Shown here one piece after another: positions 14,557-26,172 of a stretch of DNA of 64,000 nucleotides. Position 1 is the stretch's first letter, and each line of letters opens with the position of its first letter. Origin of the DNA: Eledone cirrhosa (Eukaryota); assembly GCA_964016885.1 (NCBI GenBank), contig OZ024743.1:192448001-192512000 (forward strand). The letters are read 5' to 3'. Position numbers and translations under genes: made by a program. Under the pieces are notes generated by a model. That model ran no database searches. It saw only the letters and a list, made by a program, of their open reading frames with translations, and had not been told where the DNA came from.

Positions 14557-14840
14557 ATGCATAATAGTGGAAATCAGCTGCCCACCAGATGTCAATGTAA
14601 TGCTAAAGATTAGTAAAAAGGAAACAGTTATGCTGAGCTAATAAGGAAACTGCAGATACTCCACCCTGACTATACCTTTAGATATTTACCTGTGGTCATT
14701 GGGGCTCTTGGATATGTTACTAACTACCTCAGTACAAATCTTGAGAAGCTGGGCTTCACAGAGCCAGAAAGGCATGGACAGTTAAGAAGTACAGTAGTCC
14801 ATTAATGGAACTGTAAAACATTTCACAATTCAGCATGTAA
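14557..14840 (+). mobile_element. R4/Dong-like non-LTR element, restriction-like endonuclease C-terminus
   Basis: IVEISCP.D.N....KKE / YAELIRKLQILHPDY...PVVIGALG; one frameshift. Confidence 0.7.
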
Positions 14841-15277
14841 TAACTGCATATATACATGTATAGCTACAGAAACATATGCACGTGCACACATATAACTCAA
14901 AACCTACAGATCTACAGATGCAACATCCATACCGGCACACACAAACACAAACTCATATAGATATACATACGTATAAATTTCAATGAAAGAGTCTTATATC
15001 TGTTAGAAACCAGCTCTCTCTCTATTAGTGAAATGTATAAAATAATAAAACCACCAGAACATACATACATACATACACTCCTAAGTACATACATACATGC
15101 CTAAGTACATACATACATTTCATACACATACACACACTAACCCATAATTCTTCTAATTATCTAATAGTGTTTTAATAGTTTTGTGGGCCATTATTATGTG
15201 GATGTATTGTCTACAACTGTGTATGCATAATAGGATTGTTGTACTTGACAACTAAAACAACAATGAAAATAGATTAC

Positions 15278-15420
15278 CTTGATGAATATCAAGAATTACT
15301 CACAGATCAAACGGATCGATTACTGTCAATATATTACGTATATTACTTTATCACCTATCAGACTCCAAGTTGATAACCATACGTGACTCGTAAACGACAA
15401 CGATAGAAATACGGAGAAAA
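15278..15420 (-). promoter_or_regulatory. Probable 5'-UTR first exon / proximal promoter of PHTF
   Basis: Two candidate donors on the minus strand (gtgagt at 15303, AAG|gtaatc at 15277) in unique, relatively CpG-retaining sequence upstream of the ATG exon, which has an acceptor and needs an upstream exon. The 5' boundary is a guess. Confidence 0.45.
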
Positions 15421-16199
15421 ACAAATTTATAATTCAATGAAATATAAAAATTCCATGTTCAATAAATGGATTTTTAAAACTTTTACTCCTATCAGATAAG
15501 AAGATATCACGAATGGAGATAATTAAAAAATTTGAAACGCATTTTTTTAAAAATAAATTTCAGAACACAAATGTTTGATTTAAAATGATTATTTTAAATC
15601 CGTAGTGAAACGTTTCAAAAGGAGGTTAATTTACATTACAATATAAATGGCAATGCGGAAACGAAAAAGATAGAGAAGATGAAGAAAAAAGTAAATTAAG
15701 GGCTTCGTTTTTTTTTTGTTTTTTTTTTTTGTTGTAGCAACAACAGTAATACACACGCGGAAAAGATGAGAATTTTAACCTTATTAGGAAGACAGTAATA
15801 AGAACGTACTATTTCTTGTACTTTTTTTCTATATGAATTATACTGATTTCTTATGTAATTGAAGTGGGATAAAAGTGAAAGCTGAACTTTTAATTCAATT
15901 ATGCACAACCGAAAAATTGAATGTAACGAAATATAATAGCGAACTTCTGTTGAATAATCTTTATCAGGGGTATATTTTTTTCAATTTTCAATATCGAAAG
16001 GAAGAGTTATCTTCTCATAAATTTTCATAAAGGGGAGAAAACTCGACAATCAAAATTTTTTTTTTTTTTTTTAAATTCACCAAAAATAAAATATGAAACT
16101 ACAGAGAAATTATAATAAAATAAATATAAGTGCTAAATATTTAGTACTGGACTGCTTGTAAAGAAAAATTACGAACAATAGTCAAAATAGGGAAACATC

Positions 16200-16460
16200 C
16201 CTGACCACATCCTTGCTCATTGCTATCGGAGCAGAGCTGGCTACCCGCAAGTGCGAGCCCCGTGAGATGGAGTGGCTGTTCCAGCGCGTCTCCCTCACCG
16301 TCCTCTGAGGCAATGCCTTCTTCATCCTGTCGGCCGGAACCACGAGACGCCTAATCCCTTAAGATATGCTGTTTGTATACTTTCCACCATCTGGTTTGTG
16401 TTGTTACTGTTAGTAATTCTATGATTGTAAATTACTTCTCATACTTGACAGTTGAATATT
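16200..16460 (+). mobile_element. CRE-like non-LTR element 3' end
   Basis: EPREMEWLFQRVSLTVL*GNA resembles the FQRLS...RGNA terminus of CRE-clade elements; CGA>TGA stop. Confidence 0.65.
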
Positions 16461-19375
16461 AAAATATTCAAAATACAAATATTGAATATAAAATTATATA
16501 GTGTCACGCAGACTAAAATAGAGAATGTGGACAGAGCTGGCGATTTGAATTACAGGTTTAGTCCATCAGTTTTTGCCTAGCCAATTTCCCTCACAAGGCT
16601 CTAGCTGCCTTTACACACAAAGTAAGCAAGGGAGAGAACTTTTGGTCTTTTTTTATTTTTTTAATCAATTTAAGACAATGAAATGTGAATGGGCCTTGTT
16701 TATAAGCCATTTTGTGAAAGCAACGGAATGTTTCTGTCTTAGCTCTCCTCAGTGAAGAATATCTATCTAGAAAATTGGATAGACTAAGATATAGATATGA
16801 GAAAGATAAAAATACTGCATTGATTATGTGTGTCAATAAAGTGTGAGGCAAAAATGCCTTAGGGAAGCGCTATGCATGAAGTGTACACATACAAATAATC
16901 TCGCAGTTTGAATATGACAAGTTGGGTGAAACTGAAACCAACTGAGGCTATCTACGCAGTTTGAGGGGTGTTCAAGTAGTAAGTAGAGGACGATGGCAAC
17001 GATGATGATGTAGAAAAGAAACTACTTCATGGTATCTCACACCAGCAAGTTTTCTTTTTGTAACCAATTACTTTTTCCCACAGGCATGCAGATTCCCTCT
17101 TCCTCTCTCTCTTCCATACTTCATCTATAAAACAAACAGACACACACACTGATTTGCTGTCAGTCACTTTGCTATACTTCAACTATAAAACAGAGAGAGA
17201 AGAAATTCGTTCTCCGTTTGTCTTTCACACATCAACTATAAAACACAGAGAGAGAGAGAGATTTTCTCTCAGTCTCTTTCCTATACTTCAACTGAGAGGG
17301 AGAGAGGGGGGAGTCGTTTTTCTACTCTTCCATGCTTCTACTATAAAACACACATATATACACGCAATCTTTCTTTTTCTCTCTCTCAATAACTCACTCA
17401 CTTCAACAAAAACATACAACTGTATGCTACAACCCACTCGCATACACTTATCAATGCTCTCAGGCCACCATTTCCACATCCTACTCTACCCCATCCTTTA
17501 CATGCTTGTTATCCATACAGAGATCCTAATTAAAGATAATAACAATGACAATACACAGAATGGAAGTATGTTTCAATGATTTATCTAAACACACGACAGA
17601 CAACACAGAAACTGAATGAAAATACAAACACGAATTTCAATCAACCCATCAACCAACCAACCAGTCAACCAACAAACCAAGAAAATATAACAATACCAAC
17701 AACAAAAGGTAGAGGAGTATTTAAATATGGCTAGATGAAGACAGTTAATACAGAATAGTATTATATCTTTACGCAATGAACAGATTAAAAGCGGAGGAGA
17801 AAATGTAAATGTCTTTTGTAGCCAGAGGCTGTTCTTTAAGACTAGGATTTGTTTCAAGTGAATGAGAGATCATTATCATCGCTATCTAGGTCGTTGTCAT
17901 CATCATTTTTACAACTTCTTGCTGGTATGGGTTGGCCAAGACATTTTGAGGCAGTTTCTTTCTTTTCTTTTTTCTACTGGAGTTGTAACTGATAACTAGT
18001 AACAGTAATGTAAAGACCAACGGAAACAGCTTACTTATCCAGTCTGAAGGTTGGCCCCTTTTCCGCTTTTGTTTCTTTTCAAGAGCCAGGGACCCTTCCT
18101 GACAACAGGAAATATAAGTATGACAAGGTATACACCTCTGACCCTCGTCAAATCCCTGAGTAGCAGAATGATGTGAGACCTAGATAAATGTTATCACTTT
18201 CTTTAACTGTGTGGAGATGAAGATATACATGAAGACATGATATTTATATACTTTTATTGGTTTGAGTCATCCAGCTGTAATCCTCCTGAAGCACAACCAT
18301 GAAGAGTTTAATCCATCAGATAAACTCCAGTACTTATTTTGAAGTCTGGCACTAATTTTATCAATCCTATTTGTTGAACTTGTGGGGGCACGTGGCCTAG
18401 TGGTAAGAGTGTTGGACTTATGATCATAATGTCTTGGGTTCAATTCCTGGGCTGGGTTGTGTGTTGTGATCTTGAGCAAAACTTTTCATTTCATATTGCT
18501 CCAGTACCCTCAGCTGAAAATGAGTACAGCAATTGCTGGGGGTTTAACCCTGTGATGTACTGGCATCCTGTCCAGGGAGAAGTCTTGTACTCTCAGTCAT
18601 TTCATGTTAGGATAAGCACCGGTCTAATGAGCCTTCTGGGTGAAGACAGACTTTATTTGTTGAACCACTAAGTTATGGGACACAAGGAATCAACACAGTT
18701 TTTATTTTTATTGGTGTCAACATAGACACATAATTTTCCCTTCACAGACATGTATTAATCCTTCTGTTACCACATTTCTTGTTATTTTAATTAATTTTGA
18801 AAAGTATCAAGAGATAACTTTCTTATCAAGTTTGGAACAAAACTTACCAAAAGTTCTGACATAAAATTATGATGGAAGGTTTTTCTGGGAGACATAAACA
18901 CTTTAAAATAAGCAGTCTAGTATCATAAAACCACAGGTAGTATCAGACAGTTTGGTATCAAAAGGGGTAATTATTCAGTTTTTCAAACACACAGGGAGGG
19001 GTGTATGTTTGTCTCAGTGTCTCATTTAATAACATCACAACATTAATGACCCACGTGCCAAGTATTTTTAATAACAGCCCTGCAGGTACCACTTAATTCT
19101 TTTTGACAACAAAATTCACCTTTACACCATCTAAAGAAGATATAATTAACTTCATTATACTTAATGAACACATACAGTGGTGGGAGTTGGTGCACAGAAT
19201 ACAAAGACAGACAAAATATAATGAGGCACTTATGTCTGGCTGCCAATGGTTCATTGCTTAATTAAAAAATCATTACTGTTATTGTTATCATCCTCATAGA
19301 ATTAGTGCTTCTCCAGATTTGATTGCATTTTCAGCTGAATTTAGTCTCTCTAACTCTCTCCCTCATTTATTTATT

Positions 19376-19411
<36 letters not shown>

Positions 19412-19553
19412 GTTAAAGTCTGTCTCAAGCCATCAGACTTATCTCTGGCTTCAATTTTTGTTCAGCATTAAGCGACTGAGAGTATAAACGAAGTGATATA
19501 TATATATGAAATTTACTGCTAGAAAACACACCCGCTGAGGCTATAGAACGCAA

Positions 19554-19745
19554 GACTTGTTGACAAAGTAAATCCTTTGTTCTGTCGTCAAAGGCCATTA
19601 ACTTGCAGACCCCTGCAAGCGGAATTAGTCGATCTCGGATTTACAGAAACCTAGCATGGATGTTGTATGTTATATGTGATGTATATTGTATGCTATACGA
19701 TATGCGTTATATGTTGCATTCGATCTCCGCACGATGGTCCAGGTC
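19554..19745 (+). ncRNA. Type I hammerhead ribozyme, U3-A8 core variant with expanded stems II and III
   Basis: Stem I GACTTG(19554)/CAGGTC(19740); core TTGACAA (19560-66); A.A mismatch then stem II GTAAATCC/GGATTTAC; GAAA 19646-49; stem III ACC/GGT; GUC site at 19737-39. Confidence 0.65.
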
Positions 19746-20677
19746 AGTCCAAATCTTTCCCTGAGTTCAGTCTTTTTCGTTGCTATGGCAATGCGGCTGG
19801 ACTGCCGGTCACTATATTTGATTTGCAAAGCTGTCTAAACGTATTGTTATAACTCTGGGGTATTATTCTCCATCGAGTGCTAAGCTGCATTCCGAATCTG
19901 CATTCGTTAGCTTAGCCGCAGCCTAAAGCTTCGTTAATGCTGTACTAAAATTTGTATATATATATTGTTATACTTTGGGAGGGTCATGTTGCCAATAAGA
20001 AACACACGCACCAGTTGCTTTCACTTCAATTTATTATATTGGCAACATGACCCTCCCAAAGTATAACAATATCGGTTTCAACACACGATTTCAGATAAAG
20101 AATCTTGCTAAACAAATTCAGAAACGATATATATATATAAGCTGTATAACAAAGTGCAGGGCAATAAAGATAGACGGTAGCCACGGAATAGGCAGACCTA
20201 GAAAAACATGGGATGAGCTGATAAACTCTGACCTCACACACTTACACCTCTCCAAGACAATGTCACTGGACCGAGACCTTTGGCGGTACTCAGTAACAGA
20301 GAAGACCCGCCTTGCCAGTAGGCATCTCTAACAAAATACACCCCGTCCCGCCACCACCCCCACCCCATCCACACCACCCCGTTCTATGTAAAGTTATGTT
20401 GGTGCCGCGCCATCCAGGCCGAAACAAATGAGATCGTGTAGGTGTCACGACAAAAAAACACACAGTCCACGCTGTAATGTGGCCGTGTAGGCAACACGGT
20501 AAAAACCTCCCAGACCCACACTGTAAATGTGGTTGGTGTTAGGAAGGGCATCCAACTGTAGAAAACCTGCCAGGCAGTCCTATGCGAGCAAGAAAATCAC
20601 TCTTGCCTCAAGTGGGACTACCCCCGTCCAAACCCATGCAAGCGTGGAACACGGACGTTAAACGTTGATGATGATGA

Positions 20678-20726
<49 letters not shown>

Positions 20727-20867
20727 GTAATAATAGTAATAATAGTAATAATAATAAATTTGAAGACTAAAATCCAAAGAGGGCTCGATAAGGATAAATA
20801 TATATCAAATATATAAGGAATATATATCAAATGTATAAGAACCGTAGAGCAAAAATCTGTTATTTTA

Positions 20868-20927
<60 letters not shown>

Positions 20928-21126
20928 ATTTATATAATCTGTTATTTTAATAAATATATATATATATATATATATTTTTTTTTTAACATGTCTATTGAGC
21001 ACTCTAATTCGATATGTGTATTTCCACATTCACTCGAATTGTTTTCGCGGATATAGGGGTCATCTCCCTTGTCTAATGCCATGTGCGTTTTTCACCGCTA
21101 GTTGACTCCTCTGCCGCCAGGAAAAA

Positions 21127-21261
21127 ACTCGTTGATAACGTAAACTCCATTCCACTTACTCTAGTAGGCTTTTATATTTATATGTGAGCTGATAGAGTAC
21201 AGTCTAAGGATTTACAGAAACCCATGAAGCTAGATTTAACACCTTTCTAGTGGGTCCGGGT
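21127..21261 (+). ncRNA. Type I hammerhead ribozyme (U3-A8 variant), copy 1 in the 615-bp unit
   Basis: Stem I ACTCG/CGGGT; core TTGATAA 21132-38; C.A mismatch; stem II GTAAA(C)TCC/GGATTTAC; GAAA 21217-20; stem III ACCCA..CTAGA/TCTAG.TGGGT; GUC with predicted cleavage after 21256. Confidence 0.75.
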
Positions 21262-21741
21262 ATGATTTTACATTCATTTAAATTATTGACGTATTGTTTT
21301 ATTGATATTTTTTATCTGTTTGGCCCGAATCTTCCTTTATCGATTTTAAATCGTATGGTTGATTGTAGACTTGTTCTATATGTGACGGTATTTTAACGAT
21401 AGTTATAGCTCTGATTCATCTGAATTATTGAGCCCTCTGCCGCTCATATCGAATTTCGTTTATCGTGAACTCGTGCGCCGATTTTTCGATACTCGATCTT
21501 TCTAATATATTTAGCTCTGGACATAGCTATCCACCAGTTAATTTTATTGCTCATTTTTTGTCGTTTCTATTGAGTGATGAATAGCTTTTGTTTTATTTTA
21601 ACATGTCTATTGAGCACTCTAATTCGATATGTGTATTTCCACATTCACTCGAATTGTTTTCGCGGATATAGGGGTCATCTCCCTTGTCTAATGCCATGTG
21701 CGTTTTTCACCGCTAGTTGACTCCTCTGCCGCCAGGAAAAA

Positions 21742-21876
21742 ACTCGTTGATAACGTAAACTCCATTCCACTTACTCTAGTAGGCTTTTATATTTATATGT
21801 GAGCTGATAGAGTACAGTCTAAGGATTTACAGAAACCCATGAAGCTAGATTTAACACCTTTCTAGTGGGTCCGGGT
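21742..21876 (+). ncRNA. Type I hammerhead ribozyme (U3-A8 variant), copy 2 in the 615-bp unit
   Basis: Same sequence as 21127-21261 shifted by 615; predicted cleavage after 21871. Confidence 0.75.
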
Positions 21877-22159
21877 ATGATTTTACATTCATTTAAATTA
21901 TTGACGTATTGTTTTATTGATATTTTTTATCTGTTTGGCCCGAATCTTCCTTTATCGATTTTAAATCGTATGGTTGATTGTAGACTTGTTCTATATGTGA
22001 CGGTATTTTAACGATAGTTATAGCTCTGATTCATCTGAATTATTGAGCCCTCTGCCGCTCATATCGAATTTCGTTTATCGTGAACTCGTGCGCCGATTTT
22101 TCGATACTCGATCTTTCTAATATATATATATATATATAAATAACCTTTTTTCCTTTCAG

Positions 22160-23680
22160 GTACAAAGAACCTCTCAACCCAAGGAAATAACAGCTACTGT
22201 CAAGGTACAAATCTCAAGACTGCCACCCTCAATGTTGGCACCCTGAAAAGTAAATCAGGTAAAATTGTGGAACTGTTAGAGAGAAGAGAAGTAGATGTAT
22301 GATGTGTACAAGAAGTGAGAGGGAGAGGTACCTCAGTGAGACTAATCACAGACAAACAACAGAGATATAAACTTTACTGGATAGGTAATGACGATGGAGT
22401 AGGAGGTATAAGCATCTTACTAGCTGAGAAATGGGTAGATAAAGTGATAGAGGTATTAGAGTAAGTGACAGAATCACCAAGCTTAGAATAGCTGTAAGAA
22501 ATAGACTGGTGACAATTACATCTACCTATGCTCCACAGGCAGGACTAAGTAAAGACCAAAAGGACAGGTTCTATGAGAAACTTCACAGACAACTTCAGGG
22601 ACTGATGAAAGAGACCTCATCTTCCTGGCAGGCGACTTAAACAGACATGTGGGACAGTACCAAGACGAATTCTGTGGAGTTCACAGCAGCTATGGCTATG
22701 GCTTAAGAAATGAAGAGGGTTGGAGACTCCTGGAATTCTATGGCACGAATGAACTAACCATTTGCAACAAAAATTTCAAGAAATCAGCCAGCCACCTGAT
22801 CTCATATGAATCAGGTGAACACACAAGCCAAATTGATTACTTACTCATAAGAGGAGATTAACAGATTGTAATAAATACTAAGCCCTTCCCTGGGGAAGAA
22901 TACACTGCCCAACACAAGTTAGTTATTAGCGCCATCAAAATAAACACAGAGCAGAACAAGATATGCAGGAAAATATGGAGACGGAGGGTTTGGAGGCTAA
23001 AGGACCTTTCAGTTGAATATAAGTTTAGAAAGGCACTACAGGATGCAGTAAATGAGAGGGGTGAGAGCTGGGTATATATTACATAGAAGACAACTAAAAA
23101 TTCCTATGTGACAACCTTTTGCAATCTACTGATGAGACTTTTGGCTGGAGTAAAGCACTAGCCAGACAGGGTGACTAAATGGTGGAACAGCACAGTGGAT
23201 AGACCTATTAGAGCCAAGAGACAGGCATAGAAAGACTGGAAAAATGGTGGTAGCAGAGACCAGTATTCCCACTGTTGACAGCAAAAGACTTCTCCCCACA
23301 TACAAAAGGCTGGCTGTATAACACCTGTGTGCAAAGTGTGATGCTGCATGGTATGAAACATGGACAGTGACTGCAGAAGACATGTGTAGACTGGAGAGAA
23401 ATGAAGCAGCCATGCAATGTAAATGTGAGAGAAAAGCAGAGTTTGGATGAACTGAAGAAGTTGGGTTTAAGAGGAATCAGGGGTGGTGTGCAAGAGAGAA
23501 GACTGCATTGGTACAGACATGTGATGCACATGGAGAAAGACCTGAGCAGAGGTAGTGAGAGCTGACCTTAAATCACTGAGACTCACAAAGAAGATGTCAA
23601 AGAAACACAGTGAGTAAAGAGATGCTGTGCTGAAAAAAACCCATCCAACTCTTGCAAACATGGAAAAACAGCTGTAAGAT
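22160..23680 (+). mobile_element. RTE LINE remnant: AP endonuclease region joined by an internal deletion to the 3' end
   Basis: ATLNVGTL, VQEVR, YAPQ, AGDLN, GYGLRNEEG, QIDY; after about 23265 it switches to C-terminal motifs (ETWTV, RLERNE). Confidence 0.85.
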
Positions 23681-25138
23681 GATCTTGGTAGTGTACAGAG
23701 GAGGAAGAAATCTCAATATTGATAATAGAGTATATGTAATTTTATTCATTCAGTTTCTTACATCATAGTTATAGTAAGTTCACTAAGCTTCTTCAGAGAA
23801 GAGCTGTAGTTTTATCCAGGTTTCTCAGCTATTTAGTTTTATACTATCCACACAAAATATATACATGCACACATAAGTTACTGTTTTTTTTTTTTTTTTT
23901 TTTTGTAATTATTATTATTATTATCATGTGTGAAATAATAGTGATGCAGAGATAATAGTGATGATGATAGATCCTCTGTTGGTTTTGATGGGAAGTACTC
24001 AATTTTCCAATCAACTAGACATCTAACATATAAATGAATGTACACTTGTACATTCATAGATACATGTAGTCTCATCATAACTTTTCAACTGAATCAGCAT
24101 AATATAATTGTTTCTACTTTAGGCACAAGGCCAGCAATTACCCAGTGCATTACTGGTACTTTATTTTATCGACCCCGTAAGGATGAAAGGCAAAGTCAAC
24201 CTCGGCGAGATTTGAACTCAGATCATAAAGGGACGTAACTATGCTGGAAAGCATGGCGTCCGACCCTCTACCGATACTGCCAATCCACCGCCCTTAGCAT
24301 AATATAATATGTGACAATATGATACAGGTACAAACCATCCAACAGGCTTCTACACTGTTGATGTCTATCCAATTTTCTCACAAGGCTTCGGTTGATTAGA
24401 GATTATGGCAAAGAAATTTGTTCAAGGAGTCGCATGGTGGTATTGAACCTGGAACCTCATGACTGCAAAATGAACTTTTTAACTACTCAGTCATGCAGAG
24501 AAAATAATACATATTTGATATACAGAGATGTGCAATAATGTAAGACCAATCCCAACTTATAATAACTGAAAAACCAATCCCAGTTTATAATAATAACAGA
24601 CATGGGAAAAAAAAAAAAAGTGACTGCTCCACAAATCTTTTCATACAAATTCTTGACCTCATCATCATCATCGTTTAACGTCTATTTTCTATGCTAGCAT
24701 GGGTTAGATTGGTTTGTCCCATTTAGAGGTAAGTTGGATCGGGTGTCTGTGTCTCACTCATATAGGGCAGTTTCTGGCTGGTTTTCTATGGGGTCGATAA
24801 AATAAAGTACCAGTAATGCACTGGGTATTTGCTGGCCTTGTGCCAAAAGTAGAAACAATTATTAGGGTGGAAGAAAATTTAAGGAAAGATTTTAAGAAAA
24901 AAATATATTAAAGCTACTAACAATATTTATATTTGTTGATTATTCAAAGTTGACGTTAGAAAGGGCATCCAGCTGTAGAAACCAAGCAAGAATCAGTCCT
25001 GTATGAGCAAGACATGGTCACCTGACCTAGCATAGCCCACAACAGGACAACCCGTCTAACCAATGCTAATGTGGAAAATGGACGCAAGATGAAGGGTGAT
25101 GATGATGTATGTATATACACACAAATATACACACACAC

Positions 25139-25208
<70 letters not shown>

Positions 25209-25339
25209 GTGAGGTTTTTTTTACAAAATGAAAAATAACCGAGGTGTCCTACACGAGTGAAAGTATAAAGAAAAAGAGATGAAATCGAAAATGCAACTGG
25301 AGTCTTATTTTTTTTTAAAATATATATATTTATTTGGTT

Positions 25340-25377
25340 CCTTTACCGGTTTCGCAGTTCTTCTGCTTTTCAAAAGG
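25340..25377 (-). ncRNA. Minimal type I hammerhead (U3-A8), minus-strand arm of the palindrome
   Basis: Exact reverse complement of 25453-25490. Confidence 0.8.
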
Positions 25378-25452
25378 TGAGTTGAGATGGAGGGTCTGTG
25401 GTTTTTCTCACATCTGATGTGAGAAAAACCACAGACCCTCCATCTCAACTCA

Positions 25453-25490
25453 CCTTTTGAAAAGCAGAAGAACTGCGAAACCGGTAAAGG
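25453..25490 (+). ncRNA. Minimal type I hammerhead (U3-A8)
   Basis: CCTT-TTGAAAA-GCAG(aagaa)CTGC-GAA-ACCGGT-A-AAGG: stems I and II, palindromic stem III, GUA site. Confidence 0.8.
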
Positions 25491-25560
25491 AACCAAATAA
25501 ATATATATATTTTTTTAAAAAAATAAGACTCCAGTTGCATTTTCGATTTCATCTCTTTTT

Positions 25561-25629
<69 letters not shown>

Positions 25630-25661
25630 TATATATATGTGTGCATGTATGTATATATATA

Positions 25662-26172
25662 TATATATACATACTACTGTACGTCTGTATACATATATGT
25701 ATGTACGTGTACATACTTATATTTAAGTAACAGCCGTACTAAGAGTGGGAAATTAAATTTCATTTCATTTTTTCCGTTTATCGTTTTCGGTGCACCCGGC
25801 CGATTAACCCACTCGATATGCAAATTGGGCTACTCAGCCGTTAATATGCATAAGGTAAGTATATACGTTCAACAATCTGGCAGGAAGGTATACGTTGCTG
25901 ACGATAGCTAATAAGCTTGAAACTAGTACAGCGTTCCTTTGTCAGTGTTGAACAAACGAGCAACGATGGTTGCTAGACACTACGGCTTAATACGGGATGT
26001 TTGTTTACAAACACACCGAGCATTATAATAAATGTTCGGTGAATCCAAACGTTATATATACATACTACTGTACGTCTGTATACATATATGTATGTACGTG
26101 TACATACTTATATTTAAGTAACAGCCGTTCTAAGAGTGGGAAATGAAATTTCGTTTCATTTTTTCCGTTTAT
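25662..26172 (+). mobile_element. Retrozyme-like element: 391-bp unit plus about 120-bp partial tandem repeat in (TA)n
   Basis: 25662-25781 recurs at 26053-26172 with about three substitutions; one central HHR. Confidence 0.75.
25892..25934 (+). ncRNA. Minimal type I hammerhead ribozyme
   Basis: ACGTTG-CTGACGA-T-AGCT(aata)AGCT-T-GAA-ACTAGT-A-CAGCGT; palindromic stem III; GUA site. Confidence 0.85.

Larger units (their letters stand above)
20981..22125 (+). mobile_element. Retrozyme-like element: about 1.86 tandem copies of a 615-bp non-coding unit between (TA)n tracts
   Basis: 20981-21510 recurs at 21596-22125 (period 615, no differences seen by eye); no ORF of 60 aa or more in the track; one HHR per unit. 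Confidence 0.75.
25264..25567. repeat. Near-perfect 300-bp palindrome centred on 25415, embedded in (TA)n
   Basis: About 150-bp arms around catc-t-gatg; differences only in the T/A run near the outer ends. Confidence 0.95.

Noticed and set aside
21190-21220. CTGATAGA...GAAA as the hammerhead core of the 615-bp unit
   Set aside because: It gives no stem I with the sequence after GUC. The upstream TTGATAA register gives all three stems and matches the 19554 element.
25445-25911. ORFs rich in YI/IY, HT, RE or SL repeats here and elsewhere in the ORF track
   Set aside because: They are translations of (TA)n, (CA)n and (GA)n microsatellites.
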